DNA of 25,722 bases from Planctomycetota bacterium (GCA_038213805.1 JBBQSO010000076.1:1-25722); one strand, 5' to 3'. Counted from the stretch's first letter, positions 1-9,310 are shown. Numbers and translations are program-made. Notes: a model not told the origin generated them from the letters alone.

Positions 1-96
1 GACCCGGATCCCCCGAAGAGGATGCGTCTCGGGGATCCGCTTCTCCATGCTCACAAAGCTGAAAAGGCTCGTCTGGGGTATGTCGTGTCCGCGCAT
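1..96 (-). CDS. IS5-family transposase, N-terminal 32 aa (continues off the left edge)
   Basis: Minus-strand ATG at 96 reads MRGHDIPQTSLFSFVSMEKRIPETHPLRGIRV with no stop to position 1. This matches the N-terminus of DUF772-containing IS5-family transposases (MRG..Q..LFSYVS.E.RIP..HPLR.I). Not in the ORF track. Confidence 0.88.
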   Translation of the reverse strand, partial: MRGHDIPQTSLFSFVSMEKRIPETHPLRGIRV

Positions 97-102
97 TGAC
101 AT

Positions 103-130
103 ACAATAACGAGTTGAATGGGTATTTCAA
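103..130 (-). promoter_or_regulatory. Putative sigma70 promoter of the transposase (TTGAAA-N16-TATTGT), probably giving a leaderless mRNA
   Basis: The -35 (130-125) lies inside the inverted repeat and the -10 is at 108-103. The ATG follows only 6 nt later and there is no SD. Confidence 0.45.
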
Positions 131-217
131 CAGCCTGCTAGGACTCCGATATCAACCAGCTCAATGCCGAGCGGTCGGATCGGGGCGCCGTGGTTACGAT
201 GGGAGCCAAGGAATGAA

Positions 218-247
218 GGTGCCGACCCCCGACAGAGAGTCGGCACC
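218..247 (-). other. Stem-loop between tRNA terminator and IS end
   Basis: GGTGCCGAC (218-226) and GTCGGCACC (239-247) form a 9-bp perfect inverted repeat, extended to 12 bp by G-U pairs on the minus strand. Confidence 0.5.
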
Positions 248-321
248 ATTTCTTTACCCTGAGCGGTTCGTTTTCTATCCGCGGTCTAAGCGCGGCCTAG
301 CCGCGGCGTCATCCTAGCGCC

Positions 322-360
322 AAAAACAAGCCCCTGTAACCGATTAGGCTACAGGGGCTT
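322..360 (-). terminator. Intrinsic terminator immediately after tRNA-Leu
   Basis: Minus strand AAGCCCCTGTAGCC-TAATC-GGTTACAGGGGCTT (14-bp stem, one G-U) followed by GTTTTT, starting 1 nt after the tRNA CCA. Confidence 0.75.
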
Positions 361-361
361 A

Positions 362-448
362 TGGTGCCCGGGACAGGACTCGAACCTGCACGCTTTTGAG
401 GGCGCTAGGACCTGAACCTAGTGCGTCTGCCAATTCCGCCACCCGGGC
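362..448 (-). tRNA. tRNA-Leu (anticodon CAG), CCA encoded
   Basis: GCCCGGG acceptor stem, TGGCGGAATTGGCAGACGC D arm, CTAGG-TTCAGGT-CCTAG anticodon arm, long variable arm, GGTTCGAGTCC T arm and a CCCGGGCACCA end; 87 nt. Confidence 0.97.
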
Positions 449-469
449 GGGTTTTGGTTTGAGGGGCGG

Positions 470-497
470 AACGTAGGGGGGCTTCGGGAAAGATCAA
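470..497 (-). promoter_or_regulatory. Putative sigma70 promoter for tRNA-Leu (TTGATC-N16-TACGTT) with GC-rich discriminator
   Basis: -35 at 497-492 and -10 at 475-470, followed by CCGCCC; about 20 nt upstream of the mature tRNA. Confidence 0.55.
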
Positions 498-801
498 GGC
501 GTGACCTGGGTTGCGTGCTGGGGCGGCGATGGAGTGCCGGCTGCGGTAGGTTCAGCTCCACGCTGCGCGGTCGCGCGGAGCCAAGTTGCGAGCATTCGCA
601 TGCGCCGAAGAATGAACGCGCGCACAGGCAATCGTTCGGCTAGAAAGCGCGGGGTTTGAGCGTGGCCCGCTCCGCGACTGGCTCGGTATCCACGAGCGTG
701 GTCCGGTGGGGAGGCGCTCACCATCATCGTGCGCGCGGATGCTCACGACAACGCCGCCACCGCCCGCGACGTACGCCGTATGTCTGAACCATGAAGGTGC
801 C

Positions 802-2964
802 ATGACCAAAACCGCCCGTCTCGTCCGTAATCTCCTGCTGCTTGGTGGCCTGGCCGTGGCGCTGCCGGCCGCCGAGTTGGCGCACGACGATCCGGTCGCG
901 CGCGCGGCGCTGCCCGAGTTCCAGATCATCCCGGCCGCGCCCACGGCCGAGCTGACACCGGCGCAGGACTGGCCGACCACGGAGCAGCTGCGCGGCTGGA
1001 GCCGCTCGCTGGGCGGGCCGACCAGCGACCGCTATTCGGCGCTCACCGCGATCACCCGCGCCAACGTCGCGCAGCTGCAGGTGGCGTGGACCTGGCACGG
1101 CGGAGATGGCGGCGGCGACATGCAGTGCAATCCCATCGTCGTCGCCGGCATCATGTACACGCCGACCTGCGGGCGCGGCGTGGCGGCGGTCGATGCGGTC
1201 ACCGGCACGGAGATCTGGCGCGCCGATCTCGGCCTGGGCAAGGCTGGCGGCTACGAGGCGCCCGCGCGGCGCGGGCTGCTGTATTGGCCGGGCGACGGCG
1301 CGAACGCTCCGCGCCTGTACCTGCCGGGCGGGCGCAAGCTGATCGCGCTCGAGGCAAAGAGCGGCGCGCGCGCCGAGGGTTTCGGCGAGCACGGCGCGGT
1401 GGTGCTGCCCGCGGGCAGCACCGCGGGCGCGGCGGTGTGCGGCTCGGTCATCGTCATCCCCGGCTTCGACCGCGACGTCTACGGCTTCGACATCGCCACC
1501 GGCAAGGCGCTGTGGACCTTCAACACCACGCCCACGGGCGCGGCGCCGGGCGCCGACACCTGGAAGACCACTCCGCCCGCAAATGCTGCGAATTGCTGGG
1601 GCGGTATCGCCATGGACGAGCCGCGCGGCATCGTCTACGTCACGACCGGCTCGCCCAAGCCGAACTTCAACGGCAGCGGCCACCTCGGCGACAACCTCTA
1701 CTGCAATTGCGTGCTCGCGCTCAAGGCTGCGACCGGCGCCTACCTGTGGCATTTCCAGGAGATCCGCCACGACATCTGGGACCTGGACCTGGCGGCGCCA
1801 CCGAACCTGGTGACGGTGACCCACGACGGCAAGCGCGTCGACGCGGTGGCGGCGGTGAGCAAGCTGGGCAACACCCTGCTGCTCGACCGCGTCACCGGCA
1901 AGCCGCTGTTCCCAGTGCGCCTGCGTCGCGCGCCGGTGTCGACGCTGCCGGGCGAGGTGACCTCGCCCTACCAGCCGGACCTCGAGCTGCCCGAGCCCTT
2001 CCTCACGCTGCCGATCCGCCGCGAGGATCTCTCCGACCGCACGCCGGCGGCCAAGCTCGCCATCGAGCAGCTCACCGCGCGCGCCAATTTCGGCTGGTTC
2101 GAGCCCTTCACCGAGGGCAAGCCGACAGTCTTCTCGGGCACCCACGGCGGCGCGGAGTGGACCGGCGCCGCGGTCGACATCCCGTCGGGCCGGCTGTACG
2201 TGAGCGTCAACCACCAGCCGCACATCATCACCGTGTTCCGCGACGATGACCCGCCGCCCGCCAAACCGGCGACGCTCGGAGAGCAGACCTTCCTGATGAA
2301 CTGCGCGGTCTGCCACGGCCCCGACCGCACCGGCCTGGGCGTGGCGCCGCCGCTGCGCGGACTGCGCCACCGCCTGGACGACGCGGCGGTGCGCGCGCTG
2401 TGGAAGACCGGGCGCAACAGCATGCCGCCGTTGCCGCCGACGGTCACGGCCGAGCAGAGCCAGGCGCTGCTCGATTTCCTGATGGGCCGCGACCGCGGCA
2501 AGGCCCCGCCGGCCGAGGAGCCGGGCGCACTGCCGCGCTATTCGTTCAACGGCTACCGCCGCCTGGTCGATCCCGAGACCTATCCCGGCATCAAGCCGCC
2601 GTGGGGCACCCTGGCCTGCATCGACCTGAACAGCGGACGCAAGCTCTGGCAGGTGCCGCTCGGCGAGTTTGCAGAGATGACCAAGGCGGGCATGCCCAAG
2701 ACCGGCACCGAGAACTTCGGCGGCCCGGCGGTGACCGCCGGCGGCCTGGTGTTCTGCTCCGGCACCAAGGACAACCGCATCCGCGCCTTCGACAGCGACT
2801 CGGGCGCCGAGCTGTGGTCGGCAGAGCTGCCCTTCCACGGCACCACCATGCCGACGATCTACGAGGCGGGCGGCCGCGAGTTCGTGGTCATCCCGGCGAC
2901 CGGTGGTGGGAAGATCGGCGGGCCCGAGGGGGATGCGTGGGTGGCGTTCGCGCTGCCGAAGTGA
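802..2964 (+). CDS. PQQ-dependent dehydrogenase (quinoprotein glucose dehydrogenase-like) with inserted c-type cytochrome domain
   Basis: Signal peptide MTKTARLVRNLLLLGGLAVALPA after a GAAGG SD. Motifs: RYSALTAITRANVAQLQVAW, WHFQEIRHDIWDLD, GGAEWTG, KPPWGTLACIDLNSG, GGPAVTAGGLVF, plus CAVCH (2302-2316) with a distal GRNSMPP Met. Start at 802 preferred over 706. Confidence 0.9.
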   Translation: MTKTARLVRNLLLLGGLAVALPAAELAHDDPVARAALPEFQIIPAAPTAELTPAQDWPTTEQLRGWSRSLGGPTSDRYSALTAITRANVAQLQVAWTWHGGDGGGDMQCNPIVVAGIMYTPTCGRGVAAVDAVTGTEIWRADLGLGKAGGYEAPARRGLLYWPGDGANAPRLYLPGGRKLIALEAKSGARAEGFGEHGAVVLPAGSTAGAAVCGSVIVIPGFDRDVYGFDIATGKALWTFNTTPTGAAPGADTWKTTPPANAANCWGGIAMDEPRGIVYVTTGSPKPNFNGSGHLGDNLYCNCVLALKAATGAYLWHFQEIRHDIWDLDLAAPPNLVTVTHDGKRVDAVAAVSKLGNTLLLDRVTGKPLFPVRLRRAPVSTLPGEVTSPYQPDLELPEPFLTLPIRREDLSDRTPAAKLAIEQLTARANFGWFEPFTEGKPTVFSGTHGGAEWTGAAVDIPSGRLYVSVNHQPHIITVFRDDDPPPAKPATLGEQTFLMNCAVCHGPDRTGLGVAPPLRGLRHRLDDAAVRALWKTGRNSMPPLPPTVTAEQSQALLDFLMGRDRGKAPPAEEPGALPRYSFNGYRRLVDPETYPGIKPPWGTLACIDLNSGRKLWQVPLGEFAEMTKAGMPKTGTENFGGPAVTAGGLVFCSGTKDNRIRAFDSDSGAELWSAELPFHGTTMPTIYEAGGREFVVIPATGGGKIGGPEGDAWVAFALPK

Positions 2965-3179
2965 GCGCGGTCGCGCCGTGACCGCCGTCGGGGCAGTCAA
3001 CCCCCATTCCCGCCGCGCCCATCCCCGCGCGACAAAGCTGTTGCCCCACCGCGCGTCCGGCGATCAATGGCGCCATGCCGCGCGCGCGTGACCTTTTGCC
3101 GTTCCGACCAGCCGCGCGTCCGTCCCGCAGCCGCCCCATGTGCCGTGCGGGTATCGTCGGCCCGCGGTCATCCGCTCGC

Positions 3180-3211
3180 GGACTTCCGGACTTCCGGACC
3201 TCCGGACCCCC
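3180..3211 (+). repeat. Degenerate 8-nt tandem repeat x4 (GGACTTCC, GGACTTCC, GGACCTCC, GGACCCCC)
   Basis: Read directly from the sequence; it ends 1 nt before the ATG at 3213. Confidence 0.8.
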
Positions 3212-3212
3212 G

Positions 3213-3962
3213 ATGAGGATCACCCCATCCCCCAAGCTGGTGCGCACCGTGGTCTTCGCGCTGACCAGGTCGCTGCGCTTCCACCTCTACGGGACCGAGC
3301 ACCTGCGCCAGGCGGGGCGGGCCAGCCCGACCGGCACGTTCTTCGTGACGCATTGGCACCAGAGCCTGCTCACCATCCTCGGACCGCACCACAACCTGCC
3401 GGTGGCGACGCTGTCGAGCCGCTCGCGCGACGGCGGCATCGCGGCCGCCTACCTCGAGAGCATCGGCATCAAGGTGGTGCGCGGCTCGTCGTCGAAGGGT
3501 GGCGCGGCCGGCGCCAAGGAGCTGATCCGCGCCCTGCGCGACGGCTACCACGCGGTGCTCAACGTCGATGGGCCGCGCGGTCCGTTCAAAGAGGTCAAGG
3601 ACGGCTCGATCGAGCTCGCGCGGCGTTGCGGCGTGCCGATCCTGCCGCTGGCGGCGCGCGCCACGCGCGAGCTGTCGTTCAAGCGCAGCTGGGACCGCTT
3701 CCGTGTGCCGCTGCCGGGCGCGCACGTCGCGGTGGTCTATGGCGAGCCGATCTTCTTCCCGCCCGGCGAGCCGAGCGCTGACGAGATCCTGGCGCGCCGG
3801 CGCATGCTCGCCACGCGCCTGCACGACCTTGAGGCCGAAGCCACGCGCCTGGTCGGGCGCGGCGACGCCTATCCGCCGCGCCGCTTCCTGACCTGGCTGC
3901 GCCGCGCGCCGCCGACAGCACCAGCACCAGCCACGCCAGCATCCCCCGGAGCCGCCCCATGA
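3213..3962 (+). CDS. DUF374 / lysophospholipid acyltransferase family protein
   Basis: WHQ, SRSRDG, VVRGSSSKGG, DGPRGP and SWDRFRVPLP motifs. ATG 3213 has GGA upstream, and the N-terminal extension to 3075 looks like noise. Confidence 0.88.
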   Translation: MRITPSPKLVRTVVFALTRSLRFHLYGTEHLRQAGRASPTGTFFVTHWHQSLLTILGPHHNLPVATLSSRSRDGGIAAAYLESIGIKVVRGSSSKGGAAGAKELIRALRDGYHAVLNVDGPRGPFKEVKDGSIELARRCGVPILPLAARATRELSFKRSWDRFRVPLPGAHVAVVYGEPIFFPPGEPSADEILARRRMLATRLHDLEAEATRLVGRGDAYPPRRFLTWLRRAPPTAPAPATPASPGAAP

Positions 3963-5296
3963 GCGAGACCTACGACCTGATCATCCGCGGCGGCACCGTG
4001 GTCAGCCACAGCGGCACTGCAGTTGGCGATGTCGGCGTGCGCGGCGGGCGCTTCGCCGCGCTCGGCGCGCTGTCCGGGGCGCGCGCGGCGAGCGAGATCG
4101 ACGCGCGCGGCCTGCACGTGCTGCCCGGCGCGATCGACAGCCAGGTGCACCTGCGCGAGCCCGGCCTGGAGCACAAGGAGGACCTTGCCAGCGGCACCGC
4201 CGCCGCGGCGCTGGGCGGCATCACCGCGCTTTTCGAGATGCCCAACACCAAGCCATCGACCACCACCGCGGTCGAGCTCGCCGACAAGCTCGCGCGCGCC
4301 AAGGGCCGCGCCTGGGTCGACCACGCCTTCTACATCGGCGGCGCCAACGACAACGTGGACCACGTCGCCGAGCTCGAGCGCCTGCCCGGCTGCAGCGGCA
4401 TCAAGGTCTTCATGGGCAGTTCGACCGGCACGCTGCTGGTCGAGGACGACGTCACGCTCGGGCGCATCGTCGCCAACATCCGCCGACGCATGGCGGTGCA
4501 CTGCGAGGATGAGATGCGGCTGCGCAGCCGGCGCGCGCTGATCCCCGAGCAGGGCGCGACCGCCGCGCTGCATCCGGTGTGGCGCGACGAGCAGACCGCG
4601 CTTCTCGCCACCACCCGCTTGCTGGCGCTGGCGCGCCAGCACCGCAAGCGCGTGCACGTGCTGCACGTCACCACCGCCGAGGAAATGGACTTCCTGCGCC
4701 AGCACAAGGACGTCGCCACCGTCGAGGTGCTGCCCCAGCACCTGACGCTGGTCGCGCCCGACTGCTACGAGCGCCTCGGCACCTTCGCGCAGATGAATCC
4801 GCCGATCCGCGACGCGCGCCACCAGGCGGCGCTGTGGGCCGCGGTGCGCGACGGCACCGTCGACGTGCTGGGCAGCGACCACGCGCCGCACACCCGCGCC
4901 GAGAAGGCGGTGCCGTATCCGGGCAGCCCAGCGGGCCTGCCCGGCGTGCAGACCCTGCTGCCGCTGATGCTCGACCACGTCAACGCCGGCCGCTTGACCC
5001 TGGAGCGCCTCGTCGATCTGACCAGCACCAGCCAGCAGCGCGTCTTCGGCATCGCCGGCAAGGGCCGCCTCGCTTGCGGCTATGACGCCGACATCACCCT
5101 GGTCGACCTCAAGCGCCAGCACACCTTCACCGATGCCGAGATGGCCAGCAAGTGTGGCTGGAGCCCGTTCACCGGCATGACCGTCACCGGCTGGCCGGTG
5201 GCGACCATCATTCGTGGGCGGGTGGTGATGCGCGATGGACAGCTCATCGGGTCGGCGGCGGGGGAGCCGATCCGCTTCCTGGAGTGCCTGCCCTAG
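3959..5296 (+). CDS. pyrC: Dihydroorotase (long, class I-type amidohydrolase)
   Basis: LPGAIDSQVHLREPG, GGITALFEMPNT, IKVFMGSSTG, HCEDE, HVLHVTT, MNPPIR, GSDHAPH and SKCGWSPF motifs; ATGA overlap with the upstream gene. Confidence 0.92.
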   Translation: MSETYDLIIRGGTVVSHSGTAVGDVGVRGGRFAALGALSGARAASEIDARGLHVLPGAIDSQVHLREPGLEHKEDLASGTAAAALGGITALFEMPNTKPSTTTAVELADKLARAKGRAWVDHAFYIGGANDNVDHVAELERLPGCSGIKVFMGSSTGTLLVEDDVTLGRIVANIRRRMAVHCEDEMRLRSRRALIPEQGATAALHPVWRDEQTALLATTRLLALARQHRKRVHVLHVTTAEEMDFLRQHKDVATVEVLPQHLTLVAPDCYERLGTFAQMNPPIRDARHQAALWAAVRDGTVDVLGSDHAPHTRAEKAVPYPGSPAGLPGVQTLLPLMLDHVNAGRLTLERLVDLTSTSQQRVFGIAGKGRLACGYDADITLVDLKRQHTFTDAEMASKCGWSPFTGMTVTGWPVATIIRGRVVMRDGQLIGSAAGEPIRFLECLP

Positions 5297-5535
5297 AGGA
5301 CGCGCGAGCTGTAAGTGACGTATGGCGAGCGCTAGGCGGGCTGTCGATCCGCGACGTCCATGTCCTCTGCCGCGTCCTGGTGCGTCGTCGTCCGCGACTC
5401 CCTGACGCCGCGCGGCTTTTGCCGCCATGTCGCGCTACATGCAATTATTTCCTGGAATTACCACGCGCTAACCGGTGAACTCAGCGGGTGCTTCCACACC
5501 CGCGGCAACTGAATGTATTCGGCCCAACGCAGCTC

Positions 5536-7872
5536 ATGCGCTGCAGCCGCGCCTGCATGGCCATCATGGTGTCCGCGACGGCCGTCGCGATGCATGCGGG
5601 CGAGGCGCCAGTGCGCCATTCCGCTGCTGATCTGGCGTCGGCCTATGGCGCGGACATCGCGCCGTTGCTGGCGACCTACTGCGGCTCCTGCCATGGCCAG
5701 AAGAAGCAGAAGGGCGAGGTCGATTTCTCTGCCATCGGCGGTGGCGAAGCGGCGCTCGCGCCGCGCGCGCTGTGGCGCAAGGTCGCGCACCAGCTCGCCG
5801 ATCGCGACATGCCGCCGGATGGTGAACGCCAACCCAGCGAGGCCGAGCGCGCGCACCTGGCGGCGTGGATCGCTGGGTTGCGCGACCTTGACCCGCCCAA
5901 CGCCGGGCGCGTCACCAGCCGGCGTCTGAACCGTGTCGAGTACGACCACACCATCCGCGATCTGCTCGGCGTCGACGCGCACCCGGCCGACGACTTCCCG
6001 GTCGACGACGTCGGCTACGGCTTCGACAACAACGGCGACGTGCTGTCATTGTCCCCGCTGCTGATGGAGAAGTACCTGATCGCCGTCGACGGTCTGCTCG
6101 ACCGCATCATCGCCGCCGACCAGCTCGACCTGCACCTGCCCGCCGGCGAGCTGAATGCGGTGCTCGACGGCCGGCCGGACGACGGGCGCGTGGGCACCAG
6201 GCAGCGCGCCATCTCGACCCCGGGCGAGGTCGATGCCACCATCGCCGCGCCGGTCGATGGCGCCTACACCATCCGCGTGCGCGCCGGCGCCGAGCAGGCG
6301 GGCAAGGAGCCGGTGCGCCTAGCGCTGAAGGTCGATGGCGTGGTGGCGAGCGAGATCACCGTCGTTGCGCCGGCGCGCAGCCCTGCCGCCTACAGCTGCC
6401 GCACCACGTTGGCGGCGGGCCCGCATCAGCTCGCGCTGATCTTCCTCAACCCCTTCAGCGCGGCGCCGGTCGACGCCGGCGCCGCACCGCTGACGGGGAA
6501 GGCCGCCGGGCCGCGCATGCGCACCGCGCTGATCGACGCGATCGAGGTCGTCGGCCCGCCGGCCGCGGCGCCCGGCGAGGCGCACCGGCGCATCGTGGTG
6601 GCGCGACCGGACAAGGTGCTGGACAAGGCGGCGGCGGCGCGGCGCATCGCCGAGAGCTTCGCGACGCGCGCCTTCCGCCACCCCGCGCGGCCCGCGGAGA
6701 TCGAGTTCCTGCTCGGCGTGTTCGCGCTCGCCGACCACCAGGGTGAGACTTTCAGCGAAGCGGTGAAGCTGATGGTCAAGGCGGCGCTGCTCGCGCCCGA
6801 GTTCCTCTACCGCATCGAGGAGGAACGCGCGCCGGACGCCGACGGCAACTACGCGCTTGGTGACTACGATCTCGCCGCGCGCCTGTCCTACTTCTTGTGG
6901 TCGACCATGCCCGACGACGAACTGCTCGTCCAGGCCCAGGGCGGCCACCTGCGCGAACCGGCGGTGCTCGAGGCGCAGGTGCGGCGCATGCTGAAGAGCC
7001 CGCGCTCGCGGGTCATGGTCGAGAGCTTCGCCGGGCAGTGGCTGCAGCTGCGCAAGGTGCTCGACGCGCGCCCCGACCGGAAGCTGTTCCCGGAGTTCAC
7101 GCCGGAGCTGCGCCAGGCGCTCTACGACGAGGCCATCGCCCTGGTCGATGGCGTGCTGCACGAGGGGCGCAGCACGGTCGAGCTGCTTGGCGCCGACTAC
7201 GCGTGGCTGAACGAGCGCCTTGCGAAGCACTACGGCATCGCCGACGTGAAAGGTGCGCAGCTGCGCAAGGTGCCGCTGACCGACCGCAATCGCGGCGGCC
7301 TGCTCGGGCTGGGGGCGCTGCTGACCGCCACCTCGATGGCCGAGCGCACCAGCCCGGTCAAGCGCGGGCGCTGGGTACTGGAGGAGCTGCTTGGCGCGCC
7401 GCCGCCCCCGCCGCCGCCGGCCGTGCCGGCGCTGGAGGAGCAGGCGAAGGCCGCCGGGCCGTTGGGGCTGCGCCAGCTTATGGAGCGCCACCGCAAGGAC
7501 CCCGCCTGCGCCGGCTGCCACCGCACCATGGACGCCATCGGCTTCGGCCTGGAGCGCTTTGACGCCATCGGGCGCTGGCGCGACCGCGACGGCGTCACGC
7601 CCATCGACGCGCGCGGCGAACTGCCCGGCGGACTGGCGTTCGATGGTCCCGCCGGCCTCAAGCAGGCGCTGCTGGCGCGCCAGGGCGCCTTCGTGCGCGT
7701 GGTCGCCGGCAAGCTGCTGGGCTACGCGCTCGGCCGCCAGCTCGAGGACTACGACGATGCTGCCCTCGACCGCATCGTCGTCGCGGCTGCCGCCGACGGC
7801 GATCGTCTCGATCGCCTGGTCATCGCGGTCGCGCTCAGCTTCCCATTCCGTTACCGACACCTCGCCGAGTGA
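5536..7872 (+). CDS. Planctomycete-type cytochrome c / PSD-domain protein (DUF1587-DUF1595-DUF1592-DUF1588-DUF1585)
   Basis: Signal peptide, CGSCH...MPP, RRLNRVEYDHTIRDL, GFDN, LAARLSYFLWSTMPD, FAGQWL, RGGLL, TSPVKRG.WV, CAGCH and GFGLE.FD.IGRWR. The start is uncertain (5488, 5536 or 5557). Confidence 0.92.
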   Translation: MRCSRACMAIMVSATAVAMHAGEAPVRHSAADLASAYGADIAPLLATYCGSCHGQKKQKGEVDFSAIGGGEAALAPRALWRKVAHQLADRDMPPDGERQPSEAERAHLAAWIAGLRDLDPPNAGRVTSRRLNRVEYDHTIRDLLGVDAHPADDFPVDDVGYGFDNNGDVLSLSPLLMEKYLIAVDGLLDRIIAADQLDLHLPAGELNAVLDGRPDDGRVGTRQRAISTPGEVDATIAAPVDGAYTIRVRAGAEQAGKEPVRLALKVDGVVASEITVVAPARSPAAYSCRTTLAAGPHQLALIFLNPFSAAPVDAGAAPLTGKAAGPRMRTALIDAIEVVGPPAAAPGEAHRRIVVARPDKVLDKAAAARRIAESFATRAFRHPARPAEIEFLLGVFALADHQGETFSEAVKLMVKAALLAPEFLYRIEEERAPDADGNYALGDYDLAARLSYFLWSTMPDDELLVQAQGGHLREPAVLEAQVRRMLKSPRSRVMVESFAGQWLQLRKVLDARPDRKLFPEFTPELRQALYDEAIALVDGVLHEGRSTVELLGADYAWLNERLAKHYGIADVKGAQLRKVPLTDRNRGGLLGLGALLTATSMAERTSPVKRGRWVLEELLGAPPPPPPPAVPALEEQAKAAGPLGLRQLMERHRKDPACAGCHRTMDAIGFGLERFDAIGRWRDRDGVTPIDARGELPGGLAFDGPAGLKQALLARQGAFVRVVAGKLLGYALGRQLEDYDDAALDRIVVAAAADGDRLDRLVIAVALSFPFRYRHLAE

Positions 7873-7879
7873 GATCACC

Positions 7880-9310
7880 ATGCGCAGGAACTGGCTCATC
7901 GACCGCCGCACCGCCCTCATGGGCCTGGGCGTGGCCATCGGCCTGCCGTTGCTCGAGACCATGGGCTGGGCCGATCCGCCGCGCGGTGGCGCCGCGACCC
8001 GGCCGCCGGTGCGCCTCGGCTTCATCAACGTGCCCAATGGCGTGAACCAGGCGCAGTGGTGGCCGAAGGACGAAGCATCGTTCACCCAGAGCGGGCCGCT
8101 GCCGAAGACCCTCGAGCCGCTGCGTCCGTTGCTCGGCGACGTGCTGCTGCTGGGTGGCGTCGACAGCATGCTGGCCATCGATCCGAAGGTCGGCAACGCC
8201 TCGCACGCGCGCGAGGTCAGCACCTGGCTGACCGGCTGCCACATCAAGGAGAAAGCGGTCGAGTGCGCGATCTCCGCCGACCAGGTGGCGGCGCAGCGCG
8301 TCGGCGCCTACACTGCGCTGCCCTCGATCGAACTGGCGCTCAGCCCGCTGCGCGCGGCCGGCGACTGCATGGAGGGCTTCTCCAGCGCATATTTCCACAT
8401 CTCGTGGCGTTCGCCGACCCAGCCGATGCCGGTTGAGGTCGATCCGCGTGCGGTTTACACCCGCCTGTTCGCAGCGCGCACTGCGCGCCCGGCGCGGCGC
8501 GGCGCGGCCCCCGCGCCGTCGCCGGTCGGTGACGGCGCCACCGCGGCGCCGCAGGGACGCTCGCTGGACGAGAGCATGGTCGACTTGGTGTTGGAGCACG
8601 CGCGCGCCATGCGTGGCACGGTTAGCGGCAACGACCGGCGCAAGCTCGACGAGTTCCTTGACAGCGCGCGTTCGCTCGAGACGCGCATCGCGGCGATCGA
8701 GAAGCAGGCGGCCGAGCGCGCGCGCGCCGCCGCCGGGGGCGCGGCGAAAAAGTCCTACAAGACCTCGCCGCTGATCGAGGTGAAGCCACCCGGTGCCATC
8801 CCCGAGCGCCTGGACGAACATGCGCGCATCATGTTCGACCTGGTCACCCTTGCCTTTCAGACCGACACCACGCGCATCTTCAGTCTGGTCATCGACAACG
8901 CCTTTGTGAGCCGCACCTATCCCGAGCTTGGCGTCAGCCAGCACCACGAGCTCTCGCACCATGACAACAACCCGGAGAAGCTCGCGGCGCTCGCCAAGAT
9001 CAACGCCTACCACGTCGAGCAGCTCGCCTACTTCCTGGGCCGCCTCAAGGGTCTGAGCGAGGGCCGCGACAGCCTGCTCGACAACTGCGCGATCCTGTAC
9101 GGCTCGGGCCTGTCGGAAGGATTCACCCACAATCCGCGCAATCTGCCCACCATCGTCGCCGGCCGTGCCGGCGGCAGCATCCGCAGTGGTCGCTTCGTCA
9201 AACAAGCGAAAGGCAACCAGTCCGACCTGCTCATGGGCCTGCTGGCGCGGGCGGGATGCCCGGTGGATGGGTTCGGGGATGGGACGAGGATGCTGGCGGA
9301 TCTGTCGTAG
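7880..9310 (+). CDS. DUF1552 domain protein (usual partner of DUF1592 proteins)
   Basis: Tat-like IDRRTALMGLGVAIGLPLLETM, RLGFINVPNG, ISADQ, LAFQTDTTR, HHELSH, LLDNC.ILYGS and GRAGG motifs. ATG 7880 lies 7 nt after the upstream stop, so the ORF-track start at 7391 is spurious. Confidence 0.92.
   Translation: MRRNWLIDRRTALMGLGVAIGLPLLETMGWADPPRGGAATRPPVRLGFINVPNGVNQAQWWPKDEASFTQSGPLPKTLEPLRPLLGDVLLLGGVDSMLAIDPKVGNASHAREVSTWLTGCHIKEKAVECAISADQVAAQRVGAYTALPSIELALSPLRAAGDCMEGFSSAYFHISWRSPTQPMPVEVDPRAVYTRLFAARTARPARRGAAPAPSPVGDGATAAPQGRSLDESMVDLVLEHARAMRGTVSGNDRRKLDEFLDSARSLETRIAAIEKQAAERARAAAGGAAKKSYKTSPLIEVKPPGAIPERLDEHARIMFDLVTLAFQTDTTRIFSLVIDNAFVSRTYPELGVSQHHELSHHDNNPEKLAALAKINAYHVEQLAYFLGRLKGLSEGRDSLLDNCAILYGSGLSEGFTHNPRNLPTIVAGRAGGSIRSGRFVKQAKGNQSDLLMGLLARAGCPVDGFGDGTRMLADLS

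Larger units (their letters stand above)
1..141 (-). mobile_element. Left end of IS5-family element: terminal inverted repeat CAGGCTGTTGAAA (137-125) flanked by CTAG (138-141), the probable target-site duplication
   Basis: Minus strand reads CTAG|CAGGCTGTTGAAATACCC, beginning 41 nt upstream of the transposase ATG. CTAG targets are typical of IS5-family elements. The right end is outside the window. Confidence 0.8.

Noticed and set aside
218..255. GAGTCGGCACC hairpin superficially like a tracrRNA 3' stem
   Set aside because: There is no anti-repeat, array or cas gene, and the arm order differs.
96..317. 73-aa plus-strand ORF
   Set aside because: It crosses the IS end and hairpins; the coding signal here is the minus-strand transposase.
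213..801. 11-nt exact repeat ATGAAGGTGCC at 213-223 and 791-801 on either side of the tRNA
   Set aside because: Matches this short are expected by chance in 25 kb, and it does not include the tRNA 3' end, so it is not an att site.
5427..5460. Imperfect palindrome CATGTCGCGCTACATG and AT-rich tract upstream of the DUF1592 gene
   Set aside because: It could be an operator or promoter, but a single weak instance with no cognate regulator cannot be supported.
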